A stretch of 64,000 nt of DNA from Octopus sinensis (taxonomy: Eukaryota). The stretch's first letter is position 1. Each line of letters begins with the position of its first letter. The stretch is from positions 51,398,001-51,462,000 of the forward strand of contig NC_043015.1 in NCBI RefSeq assembly GCF_006345805.1, given 5' to 3'. The notes under the pieces were generated by a model. It made no database searches and was not told the origin of the DNA. It was given only the letters and a program-made list of their open reading frames with translations. Positions 11,370 to 21,934 of this stretch are shown in pieces. Both the position numbers and the translations under genes were made by a program.

Positions 11370-12202
11370 TAGTGTGCGATGGGTAAATTGTCACCATTTT
11401 ATATTTTTAATTTCGTGCATGTCCATTGTTTGTTTTTGATTTTGTTGACTATACAGTATAGTAGGGTCAGTTGGGCACCATCTGTGAGAAAAACAGCACC
11501 ATGATGCAATTCACTCAGCCAGAAATTTGCAAACAGTGTGCTGTACTGCTTGGTATTCATGCCGGAAGCTCCAATATGAACCTTTTAGAGTGTTTGGGTA
11601 TCAATCTGAGGACATGTACTGAGAGTAATAAAAATCAAACATCCAGTCAGCACACTAGTGATTGTGACGTTATGTCTCTATTCATCTTCGCATACAGCCT
11701 CTGACTCAACACGGAGTCCTACATCAAGTGCTTAGAGGTGGTAGTGCTGCCCTGTGTAAGAGGGTGGCTGCTGGAAGACACTGCACCATGCCATGCAAGC
11801 AGAGGAATCCAGTCATGGCTGTCAGACAATCTCTGCGACCACATCACCCCTAATATCTGGCCACCTAACTCCCCAGACTGCAATCTTCTTCATTATTATG
11901 TGTGAGGCACATCTGAGTGAGAGACCACCAAAATTCCTTCTAACACCAAAGACGAACTGAAGACAAGGATTATGGCAGCATTCACCAGCTTACACAAGGA
12001 GACCATCCAGAAGAGTTGCAGCAGATTCTGAAGTTGCCTAGAGACCATGGTTAAAGCCAATGGCGATTTTATTGAATAAATTTGCTCTTTAGTATTTCAA
12101 GATATTTTTATGTAATTTTGGTAAATGTATCTGTTAAAATGAGATGTCAGTGTTATTTTCCTTTTTGCGTAATTTAGACGACAGTTTATTCACGGCACCC
12201 TG
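11370..12202 (+). mobile_element. Internally deleted, decayed Tc1-like (IS630-Tc1-mariner) transposon
   Basis: C-terminal remnant ...APCHASRGIQSWLSDNLCDHITPNIWPPNSPDCN...KDELKTRIMAAF...LETMVKANGDFIE*. Imperfect TIRs (TAGTGTGCGATGGGTAAATTGTC vs CAGGGTGCCGTGAATAAACTGTC); flanked by TA-rich tracts. Confidence 0.8.
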
Positions 12203-12248
12203 TGTATATATATACATATACATATATATATATATGTATATATATATA

Positions 12249-12284
<36 letters not shown>

Positions 12285-12304
12285 ATATAATGCGTATATA
12301 TATA

Positions 12305-12398
12305 TTGGAGCCTGGTGCAGCCTCCTTCTTTCCAGACCCCAGTCAAACTGTCCAACCCATGCTACCATGGAAAACGGATGTTACACGATGATGATGAT
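12305..12398 (+). mobile_element. RTE LINE extreme 3' end
   Basis: TTGGAGCCTGGTGCAGCC...CCAACCCATGC...ACGATGATGAT. Confidence 0.75.
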
Positions 12399-12569
12399 AT
12401 ATATATATATATATGTATATATAATGTTTATAGATACATATGTGTGTGTGTGTGTGTGTGTGTGTATAAATATATATGAAGTTAGTTAATTCACCTTATG
12501 TAGGGGAGAGATTGAATGTGAGATGTTTTTCTTTTCTCAAGTTGTCAGCAGCAGTTAGTAATTTAAGGC

Positions 12570-12618
<49 letters not shown>

Positions 12619-12650
12619 ACATACATACACACTTCTAACGTCATAAAATG

Positions 12651-12697
<47 letters not shown>

Positions 12698-13248
12698 AAT
12701 AATAGAAATATTAAAATAACTAAGTCTCACTAAAAGAGAACAGCGGCAGCGTTCCCGGAAATAATAGTTATCGCCATACTAATATGGCATTCTTATAAAA
12801 ATAAGAAAAAAGCTGTCCGCTTATTAGCTCCATGAGGCCATCGCCTTAAGTTAGCTATTTGATACACAAACTGTATCCATATAACCTTCGAACAAGGGAG
12901 GTCAGTCGCTCCACACTACTTGACCGGCAGCTACAGACGCGTTTCGGGGTATTGCCCCTTTTCAATGCAGTGTAGCCAGCCAGTAGGTGTCGCTTCCGAC
13001 AATCTCTGTTCGATGGTTTTATTACCTAGTTTCGGTGGAATACATCCACTTGTTTTCAATAATAGAAATATTAAAATAACTAAGTCTCACTAAAAGAGAA
13101 CAGCGGCAGCGTTCCGGAAAATAATAGTTATCGCCATACTAATATGGCATTCTTATAAAAATAAGAAAAAAGCTGTCCGCTTATTAGCTCCATGAGGCCA
13201 TCGCCTTAAGTTAGCTATTTGATACACAAACTGTATCCATATAACCTT
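12698..13248 (-). mobile_element. Retrozyme/Penelope-like non-coding element: 360-bp monomer in about 1.5 tandem copies, carrying a hammerhead ribozyme
   Basis: 191-bp direct repeats 12698-12888 and 13058-13248 (offset exactly 360; differ only at GTTCCCGGAA vs GTTCCGGAAA); CpG-rich; abuts a (TA)n tract; hammerhead in the intervening segment. Confidence 0.75.
12931..12970 (-). ncRNA. Minimal type-I hammerhead ribozyme, U3-A8 core variant
   Basis: Minus strand 5'-CUGCA UUGAAAA GGGG CAAUA CCCC GAA AC GC GU C UGUAG-3': stem I CUGCA/UGUAG, stem II GGGG/CCCC, palindromic stem III ACGCGU, GUC cleavage triplet (predicted cut between 12936 and 12935). Confidence 0.72.
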
Positions 13249-13755
13249 ATTTCTATTTTCTTCCCTATTTCTAAATTTTGTATTCAATAATCTCTTAATC
13301 TGCAGATGGTCACATTTCAGCATATTTTTCCCATCTTCAGTGTAGATGCTTAAGATTGCATTGCATTGCATTGTATCAGTTCAGGCAATGAAAAGAGAAA
13401 GAGAGAGAGAGGGGGGTGGAGGGAGGAGAGGGGCTAATAATAGAGAGGAAATGAAGCAAAATGATAAAGCTGATACATTCAGTTTTAAGTACAATCATAC
13501 TGAATAACGGTTAATTATTTTCCTGCTAAAACTTGGAGCAGTAGATCAAGTCTTTGAATATTTCAGAAAAATTTCCATTTCAATATTCTTAATTTTTTTT
13601 TATTCTCTATTAACCTTGATGTCAGCCATTTTAGTCGTCTTACACAATCTGAATAAGCCAACCTCCATGTTGACAAAGGAAAAATCAGCTAAACAGCCAA
13701 GCACAGTACTGCGTTTTTTGTTTGTGTAGTATTGGTCGTGACATGCCCTATTTTC

Positions 13756-14371
13756 TAGCATATATTGTAAACATGTAGCATATATTGTAAACATGTAGCA
13801 TATATAGTGAACATGTAGTATATATTGCAAACATGTAGAATATATTGTAAACATGTAGTATATATAGTAAACATTAGTATATATTGCAAACATACAGCAT
13901 ATATTGCAGACATGTAGCATATATTGCAAACATGTAGTATATATTGTAAACATGTAGCATATATTGTAAACATGTAGCAATATTGTAAAGATGCAGTAAA
14001 CATTGTAAACATGCAGCATATATTGTAAACATGTAGCATATATTGTAAACATGCAGTAAACATTGTACACATGCAGCATATATTGTAAGCATGCAGCTTA
14101 TATTGTAAACATGCAGCTTGTATTGTAAACATGTAGCATATATTGTAAACATGCACTAAACATTGTAAACATGCAGCATATATTGTAAACATGCAGCATA
14201 TATTGTAAACATGTAGCATATATTGTAAACATGCAGTAAACATTGTACACATGCAGCATATATTGTAAGCATGCAGCATATATTGTAAACATGCAGCATA
14301 TATTGTAAACATGCAGCTTGTATTGTAAACATGTTGCATGTATTGTAAACATGTAGCATATAGTGTAAACG
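13756..14371. repeat. 20-bp minisatellite, about 30 units (consensus TAGCATATATTGTAAACATG)
   Basis: Direct reading; recurring variants CAGTAAACATTGTAAACATG, CAGCATATATTGTAAGCATG and CAGCTTGTATTGTAAACATG. Confidence 0.95.
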
Positions 14372-14484
14372 CTTGAACATCATTACAATATTTCCAAATC
14401 TTGCTGCATTTCTCATTGAAATTTTTGCGTCCTCCAGTGTCACTTTACTCTATATGTTGACCTACCAATTTTTTTGTTACTCTC

Positions 14485-15096
14485 TTTTTACTCTTTTACT
14501 AGTTTCAGTCAAATCGACTGTCGCCATGCCGGAGCACCACCCTTAGTCGAGCAAATCAACCACAGGACTTGTTCTTTTTAAGCTTAGTACTTATGCTATC
14601 GGCCTCTTTTGCTGAACCACTAAGTTATGCATACGTCAACACACCAGCATCGGTTGTCAAGCGATGTTGGGGGGGAACAAACACAGACACACAAACATAT
14701 ACACACACACAGACATATATATACAGGGTCAGGCAAAATGATCTGACACATTTGTAGGTTAAATAAAAGGCAAATGAAGTAAAGAAACAAAGAAGTGTTT
14801 TTATTTTTGAAAAGTACATATAATGCCATTTTGTTTCATTATGTTTTAAAAATTAAATCAGTCAAATGGGATCGATTATTGTCCACACACTGTCGAAGGC
14901 GTTCATGAAAGTTGTCAATAACTAGGCGGGTCATTTCATGTAGAATGGCAGTAATTTCTTGACGAATTGCATCTTTAAGTTGTTCAATAGATCGAGGGCG
15001 ATTAATGTATACCTTTGACTTGAGGTATCCCCAGAGAAAAAAATCGTCATATATATATATTTACATATATATATATGACGGGCTTCTACACACACA

Positions 15097-15142
<46 letters not shown>

Positions 15143-15303
15143 CATATATATGACGGGCTTCTTTGAGTTTCCATCTACCAAATCCACTCACAAGGCTTTG
15201 GTCGGCCTGAGGCTATAGTAGAAAACACTTACCCAAGGTTCCATGCATTAGGACTGAACCTGGAACTATATGGTTTGGAAGCAAGCTTCTTACCACACTG
15301 CCA
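14485..15303 (-). mobile_element. SINE family A interrupted by a Tc1-like fragment and a local rearrangement
   Basis: Tail at about 14485-14720 and head at about 15160-15303, separated by the insertion at 14724. Confidence 0.85.
14724..15046 (-). mobile_element. Tc1-like transposon 3' fragment with one TIR
   Basis: TA|CAGGGTCAGGCAAAATGATCTGACAC terminus; minus strand DFFLWGYLKSKVYINRPRSIEQLKDAIRQEI...ERLRQCVDNNRSHLTDLIFKT*. Confidence 0.85.
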
Positions 15304-15304
15304 C

Positions 15305-15990
15305 TTTTTACCTCTGCCTTAGCAAAGGTAGAGGTATTGTTTTCAGTCATGTTTGTCTGTGGACAAGATATCTCAAGAACCGCTGGATGGATTTGGATGA
15401 AACTTTCAGGGATGCTTGGCATCGTGACTGGTATGAGCTGATTGGATTTGGGGATCAATCTGGTGTTGGACAAGGATCCAGGATTATCTTTCCATTTTTT
15501 ACTTTACATGTATATGTAAAGTTTCACATAGTTCTCTTGTACACACACACACATACACACATATACTCACACATTACCATCCCATTTCCATTGTACATAC
15601 ACACACGCATGCAAACATACCTCTCTTTTACACACACATATACTCACACTTCAAACGCTGTTTATTGGCTTTTTCACTCCTTCCTTCGTTATTCATCCAT
15701 CACCCCTTCCTTTCTCATTCATATGACGCTCTCTTTGCCACTTTGTTTCATCTTTCTCATTGTCATTACTTTCTTTCACTCCCTCTCAGTCATGGCTATT
15801 ACTCTCACTACTTCTCCTTCACTGTATTAGTATTTCATCTCCTCTACCTTCACCTCTCACTCTCTCTGTATATATGGATTATTTTTCTGTTTGAGAGCTA
15901 TCAGGTTCATTCTTAGTATTCTCGTTTGTGAGAGCTATATCATTTCAAAATTTAACCACATGTTAATTGTTGGTGATGTTTTTATTCTGT
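15305..15990 (+). mobile_element. Helentron/DINE-1-like non-autonomous element (3' boundary uncertain)
   Basis: Inserted in a T-run; 5' hairpin TACCTCTGCCT-TAGCAA-AGGTAGAGGTA (15309-15336), then GTTTGTCTGT and GATATCTCAAGAACCGCTGGATGGATTTGGATGAAACTT, an organisation typical of such elements (recalled). Confidence 0.55.
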
Positions 15991-16062
15991 CTTCCTTTTC
16001 TATTGGACTTTCCTCTGTCTCCTGTTTATGAAGAAGAGATCCGCTCAAAACATAAAACCACC
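15965..16062 (+). mobile_element. Short (TA)n-associated element family P1 with decayed hammerhead
   Basis: GTTT ATGAAGA A GAG ATCCG CTC AAAAC AT (16024-16053); homologous to 23050 and 56020. Confidence 0.5.
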
Positions 16063-16104
16063 TATATATATATATATATACATACATATATATATACATA
16101 CATA

Positions 16105-16300
16105 TTGGACCACTAAACTCAGCATGTTTTTCCCATTCTCTCTCTATTTCATCTTATTCCTCTCTGTAGAAGAGTGCAAGCTTGAAACGTAAAAGACTTT
16201 TCCACTTTTCCCAAGCGTCAAACTAATACACCCGCTTGTTATTCCAACACCTCTCTTTATCTATGTTTTTCTATAAATTTGAACTATATTCATAGATATA
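16105..16300 (+). mobile_element. Short (TA)n-associated element family P2 with hammerhead-like remnant
   Basis: CTGTAGA A GAG TGCAAG CTT GAAACGT A (16164-16191); homologous to 25270-25445. Confidence 0.5.
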
Positions 16301-16516
16301 TGTATATTTCATCACACACAACATGGACCAAATTTCTTCTTAAAAAATATATATTCAAATAAGTAAAACATAATATCATAATAGCGATAGCGAAACCAGT
16401 CGATATATTAAGAATTATATTAAAACTATTTAAGTGTGCATATTTTCCTTTTTTAATTTCTTATATACATTACAACTCACCACGTGGGGATAATCGAAAT
16501 TCCTCTTTTCTGTTAC

Positions 16517-16564
<48 letters not shown>

Positions 16565-16569
<5 letters not shown>

Positions 16570-16660
16570 CCTCCTTCTTTCCTGAGCGTCCAATAATACT
16601 TTATTTGTTCCACATCCTTGTGTTGTTGTCTTTTTGTTTTCTTGTTTGGATTAACTATAT
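16565..16660 (+). mobile_element. Family P1 3' portion between (TA)n tracts
   Basis: AAACCCTCCTTC...GAGCGTCCAATAA...GTTCCAC...GTTTGGATTAACTATATA matches 23155-23255. Confidence 0.55.
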
Positions 16661-16671
16661 ATATATATATC

Positions 16672-16789
16672 CTTTCGGGGTCGATAAATAAAGTTCCAGT
16701 TTCGCACTGGGGTTGATGTAATCAACTTAATCCCTTTGTCTGTCCTTGTTTGTCCCCTCTATGTTTAGCCCCTTGTGGGAAGTAAAGAA

Positions 16790-16790
<1 letters not shown>
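16672..16790 (+). mobile_element. SINE family B (tail type B2), 5'-truncated
   Basis: Core plus TAATCCCTTTGTCTGTCCTTGTTTGTCCCCTCTATGTTTAGCCCCTTGTGG tail. Confidence 0.8.
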
Positions 16791-16820
<30 letters not shown>

Positions 16821-18040
16821 CATATATGTATGAATATATATCTATATATATATCTATAAACCTCTATATACATATGAGTGTGTGTGTGTATATATATATT
16901 TATATACACATACATATGTATATATCCATATATATATTTTTTGTATGTCTTTGTGAATATATATGTATATATATATATGTGTGTGTTTGTGATAAGGGTC
17001 AGGTAGTGGTATTAATAATTCTCCCTTTCCTTCTTTCGCAGCATAGTTGCAAAAAGAAAATATAAACAACTTTTGAGTATCAAAAACAAAAGTAAGAAAA
17101 CCAAATAAAACACACAAAAAAAACATGAACAAAAACAATCTCCCCGCAATATTCCTGTAATTTTTATCAATACCAACAATGCGAATAAGAGTGTACAGTG
17201 ACACATCTATCTAAATGATAGCTTGAGGTAGACTTGTATTTCTCGTTTGTGAATACAGGCCTAAAAACTGATCACATTTGCGGCTCAAACGTACATATCA
17301 ACATTCAAAAGTTCCCTCCATAATTCCTGGTTATTTTTCAGTTTTTTTTGTTTTTTTTTCATTAATATGTAGTCTTTGCAACAGTGGTGGTGGTGGTGGT
17401 GGTGGTGGTGGTAGTGGTTAGGGTTGGGATAGTGCAGTGAGGTTGCAGCCCGAGCTATGAAATATTAAGGAATATGTTTTGCCTTAATGTCAACAAACTG
17501 TACTGAACTTTTGCAAGATGTAATTCGAAATAATTGCTTGTTGTCATGGTTAGACAAAGCAGCCAGGTCTCATTTGTCAGGTTTACAAATAATGATGAAT
17601 GTAAATTAGATCTCCTGCCACCCCACCCCACCCCCACACACACCTCCCCATCCATCCACCTACCTGCCTCCTCATTCACATACCTTGCCTCCATCTCTCA
17701 CCAATCCCCCCCTGTTCTCTGTTTGCATCTCATTCTCCTTCGCCTCATCACCCATCAATCTGATTTGCATTTTTTCCAATCTTGTTTTGTTTTGTTTTGT
17801 TTTTTTTTTAGAATTTTTTTGTTGTTGTTGTTGTTTGTCATTGACATTGTTTTTTTCTTTTTTCTTTCTTTTTTTTTATTTATGGCAATGGCACCGGTGG
17901 TGGTGTACATTGTTCCATCAATAATTTTTGAAAATGTTGCTACACCATGAAGTTCTTGTTCTACTTTTGGAATCTTTTTTTTCTTAAATTTTTTGGATAA
18001 ATCAAAAACTATAAAATTTTTTAACGAAAATAAATAAATA

Positions 18041-18445
18041 GGTGCAGGAGTGGCTGTGTGGTAAGTAGCTTGCTTACCAACCACATGGTTCCGGGTTCAG
18101 TCCTACTGTGTGGCACCTTGGGCAAGTGTCTTCTACAATAGCCTCAGGCTGACCAAAGCCTTGTGAGTGGATTTGGCAGATGGAAACAGAAAGAAGCCCG
18201 TCATATATATGTGTATATATATATGTATGTGTGTGTATATGCTTGTGTGTCTGCTTTTGTCCCCCAACATCGCTTGACAACCGTTGGTGGTGTGTTTATG
18301 TCCCCCGTCACTTAGTGGTTCGGCAAAAGAGACTGATACAATAAGTACTGGGCTTACAAAGAATAAGTCCAGGGGTCGATTTGCTCGACTAAAGGCAGTG
18401 CTCCAGCATGGCTGCAGTCAAATGACTGAAACAAGTAAAAAAGAG
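18041..18445 (+). mobile_element. Full-length SINE family A
   Basis: Near-consensus head GGTGCAGGAGTGGCTGTGTGG...GGTTCCGGGTTCAGTCC through tail GACTGAAACAAGTAAAAAAGAG. Confidence 0.92.
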
Positions 18446-18664
18446 TAATTGTTATAATAATGATATAATTGTGAAAATAACAATGTAGCAGTAATAATAA
18501 TAATAATAATAATAATGATAATAATAATTTATTTGCCATCAAGTTGAAGGATTAGGGGTATAATATGATGACAGATATAAAGCTTGGCAGTTAATTCATA
18601 ATCAAATGATAAATTGGAAGTATACATGGTACATGATAGAACAAAGAAGTGAAGTATATATATA

Positions 18665-19045
18665 TAGGGTGATTCAAAAGTCTCCATACATAGGAAAAAT
18701 TTATTCTTTCGTAAGAAATAGTTTATAAAACACCCCTAGATCACCTGATCTGACCCCTCTTGATTTCTATATTTGGGGGAATTTGAAAGGCATGGTGTAT
18801 CGCAGAAAGATAAAAGACATAAATCATTTGAAGGAATGCATCACCAACTCCTTTGCATCTGTATCACTAGATGTGCTATTACGAGTTCACAATGAGTGGG
18901 GTAAACATATTGCAATGTGCATTCAAAACAATGGTAACCATATAGAATAGAGCCTGTTTAATAAATAAAAAAAAACTGTTCTTATAAACTGTTTCTTATA
19001 AAAAAATAAATTGTACCTATGTATGGCGACTTTTGAATCACCCTG
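18665..19045 (+). mobile_element. Internally deleted Tc1-like element with both TIRs
   Basis: 30-bp TIRs 28/30 identical (CAGGGTGATTCAAAAGTCGCCATACATAGG), TA flanks; open frame 18735-18950 PRSPDLTPLDFYIWGNLKGMVY...HIAMCIQNNGNHIE*. Confidence 0.92.
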
Positions 19046-19094
19046 TAGTATGCAATAATATAAAAAGAAGAATGATTGTGATGTGTTTCTCCTG

Positions 19095-19335
19095 AGGAGA
19101 ACCTCTAGGTATAATCAAGGAACCTACCATCCCACTTTTGGCATTTTTGCAACTTTCATCCACCTTTCGATAAATTCACTCGAGGTCAACACTTCCTTCT
19201 CCACATTCACTTGCCTTTTTGAGTGAAACTTGAAAAAATTTGATGAGTCCCCTACTAAAGAGGAATTCCCCTGCGCTCATTCCTTCTCAGCCTCATCCAC
19301 CAAATAATCTCTTTTGCCACCATTAGGGGGTTCCC
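19095..19335 (-). mobile_element. Decayed ORF2 C-terminus of an L1/Tx1-like LINE
   Basis: With frameshifts reads LMVAKEIIWWMRLR...LIKFF...KRQVNVEKEVLTSSEFIERWMKVAKM, resembling the Tx1-like ORF2 end I recall from octopus sequences; no search run. Confidence 0.45.
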
Positions 19336-19359
19336 TGCCACTCATCCTCTATATATTCT

Positions 19360-19765
19360 TTTCTACTCTAGGCACAAGGCCCAAAACTTTTGGGGAGGAG
19401 GGCAGTCGATTAGATCAACCCCAGTATACAACTAGTACTTAATTTATCGACCCCAAAAGGATAAAAGCAAAGTCAACCTTCGTGGAATTTGAACTCGGAA
19501 CATAAAGACAGACAAATAATGATGATGATGATGATGATGATGCCACCGCCGCCAATGACGTTGATAATCTTTTTTACTCAAAGTACAAGGCCTGAAACTT
19601 TTTGGGGGTTGGGGCAGTTGATTAGATTGACTCCAGAATGCAACTGGTACTTAATTTATCTACCCCAAAAGTCAACCTCAGTGGAATTTGAACTCAGAAC
19701 GTAAAGATGGATAAAATACTGCTCAGCTTTTTGCCCTGCATGCTAATGGTTCTGGCAGCATGACA
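19360..19765 (-). mobile_element. Two SINE family B (B1) copies (about 19360-19510 and 19570-19765)
   Basis: TACTTAATTTATCGACCCC...AAAGTCAACCT...GAATTTGAACTC reverse modules. Confidence 0.75.
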
Positions 19766-21934
19766 CCTTAGTAGTAGTAGTAGTAGTAGTAGGAATGATA
19801 ATTGTAATAATTATAGTAAGAACTATAGTCATAAAAAAATAAAAACAATAATAATAAAAATAATAGTAATTGTAATAATAATGTTGATGATGATGATGAG
19901 AGGTGAAGAACAACATCAAAACCTTGAACCAAACAGCAAAAGTAAATATTCAACTAAAAACCCAATAAATAAGAAAGAATTCCGATGCAGTAAAAGTTTG
20001 TTCTCCCTGGAATTTTGGTCCTGTCGCCGCCTTCATCTTTTCCTAGCACCAACTCTTTTCACTCTCTGTTCCGTTACCATTGTCTTTATCTTACCCTTGT
20101 TTTTGTTTCATTTTTGGTTGGTTTGTTTTATTTTATTCCATACAGTATGCTTACACATCCATCCATCCATCCATCCTTACATACATACATATATATAAAT
20201 ATGTTTATATATGCATACATACATATATATATATATATATGCATGTGTATATATATAAATATATGTATATATATATATGTGTATATATATGTATGTATAT
20301 ATATGTATATATATTTATGTATATATATGTATATATATATATCTATATATTTGTTTTCTGTTCTGTTTGATTTTTGGGGGTTGTTTTTTTTTTTTGAATT
20401 AAAAAAAAAACTTTTGTTACATTATTAGACTAACGGCGTTTATTTATTTATTTATTTCGAAAAAAAAAATTTTTTCTTTCAATCTCCAGCAGAATCATTT
20501 TCAGCTAATCTTGTTTTACCCATCTGCCCCACTCCATACACACACACACTATCTCTGCCTGCCACCCAGCTCTTACCATTCCGAATTTATACTCTTCCAA
20601 ATTCTATTTCAGCTTGCCAACTCATTAGTTACGGCATATTGTGGCGGCAAAAAGACTCGCTCACCCCCCTCCCCCTCTCTGATTCTTCATCAGATAATAC
20701 ATGTTTGCCCTCCCCACCCTCTGACCTTCAGCACCCCTCCCCTGTCCCCACCACATCGTCCCTCCTCCTCCTCTCTCTCTCACTCCTATTTTTCACTTCA
20801 CACCCCCTTCTCACTTCAGCCCACCCCTCCACCCAACCCATACTCCCCCCTGCCGTTCTACCCACACTAAATTGTAGTTATGTAATCAAAAATATTTCTT
20901 TAATTATCATAGAAAATTACACATGATTATTATTATTATTATTATTTTATTTATTTATTTACTTTTTAAAGTTTCATAAAACTATTTTGGAGCCATGTAT
21001 ATATGCAACTGTATGTGTTTATGTATGTGTGTATGCATGTGTGCATATGTGCATGCTTGTATGCACATATGCATGCATGTATGTATGCATGCACATGTGT
21101 TTGTATGCATGTATGCTTATATGTATGGATGCATACATGTATGTATGTGTATATGTCTGTAGATATGTGTATGTATGTATGTAGGTATGCATGTGCGTAT
21201 GTATGTATGTAAATGTATGTATGCATGTCTGTATGTATGTATGTGTATGTATGTGTGCTTGTTTGTGTGCTGTTTGTCGTTTCTGCTTTTTCATTTAAAC
21301 ATTTTAATCAACGATTTGTTTATTAATTTTTTTCATTCTGAAATTTTTTTAAAAATTTGCTTATTTTTAAACTTAAAAAAAAAAATTTTTTTTTCTTTTT
21401 TTTTTGCTTTAAAAAATTTTATTTTATTGTCGTCGTTGTTAGTCAAGATTTCATTTTTCAAATAGTTCGTCAGTCAATTGTCCGAAATCAGATAATTAAT
21501 ACTAATTTCCTTGGCAGTGTTGACCGCTTTCTGCTGGCTGCCAGTAATTACCTCCCTCTCATTAAGAACCTCTCTGAAGAGAAGTCAATAAATGCTGATC
21601 TCCTTATTTCCACACAACATTAATTCGTAACAATTGAAATACATTGAGGTCTAGACAATATGTGCATGTGTGCTTTTTGTTTTGTTTTAGTTAATTGCTA
21701 CAATCTCTGAGTGTGTGTGTGAGAATGTATATGTATGTGTGCGCATGCGTGTGTGAGTATGTATGTGCATGTGTGTGTGTGTGTGTGTGTGTGTTTTTAT
21801 GCATGCCTGTGTTAGAGATTGGTTAATCAGCTCCTGTACACGCAAACAAACACGAACAAACACACACGTATGTGTGTGTGTTTCATTATGTGTCACCACC
21901 ACCATCATCATCATCATCATCAATCTGTCATCAT

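Noticed and set aside
13600-13740. Minus-strand ...KMADIK|GTTAAT as a first coding exon
   Set aside because: Weak donor, very short peptide, no downstream exon identified.
17042-17091. 50-nt exon-like segment (TTCGCAG ... AAA|GTAAGA, IVAKRKYKQLLSIKNK)
   Set aside because: Splice-like words only; unrecognised peptide, and it does not fit IFT80.
17385-17430. (GGT)n/GGTTAGGG as telomeric repeat or G-quadruplex
   Set aside because: Ordinary trinucleotide microsatellite with a single TTAGGG.
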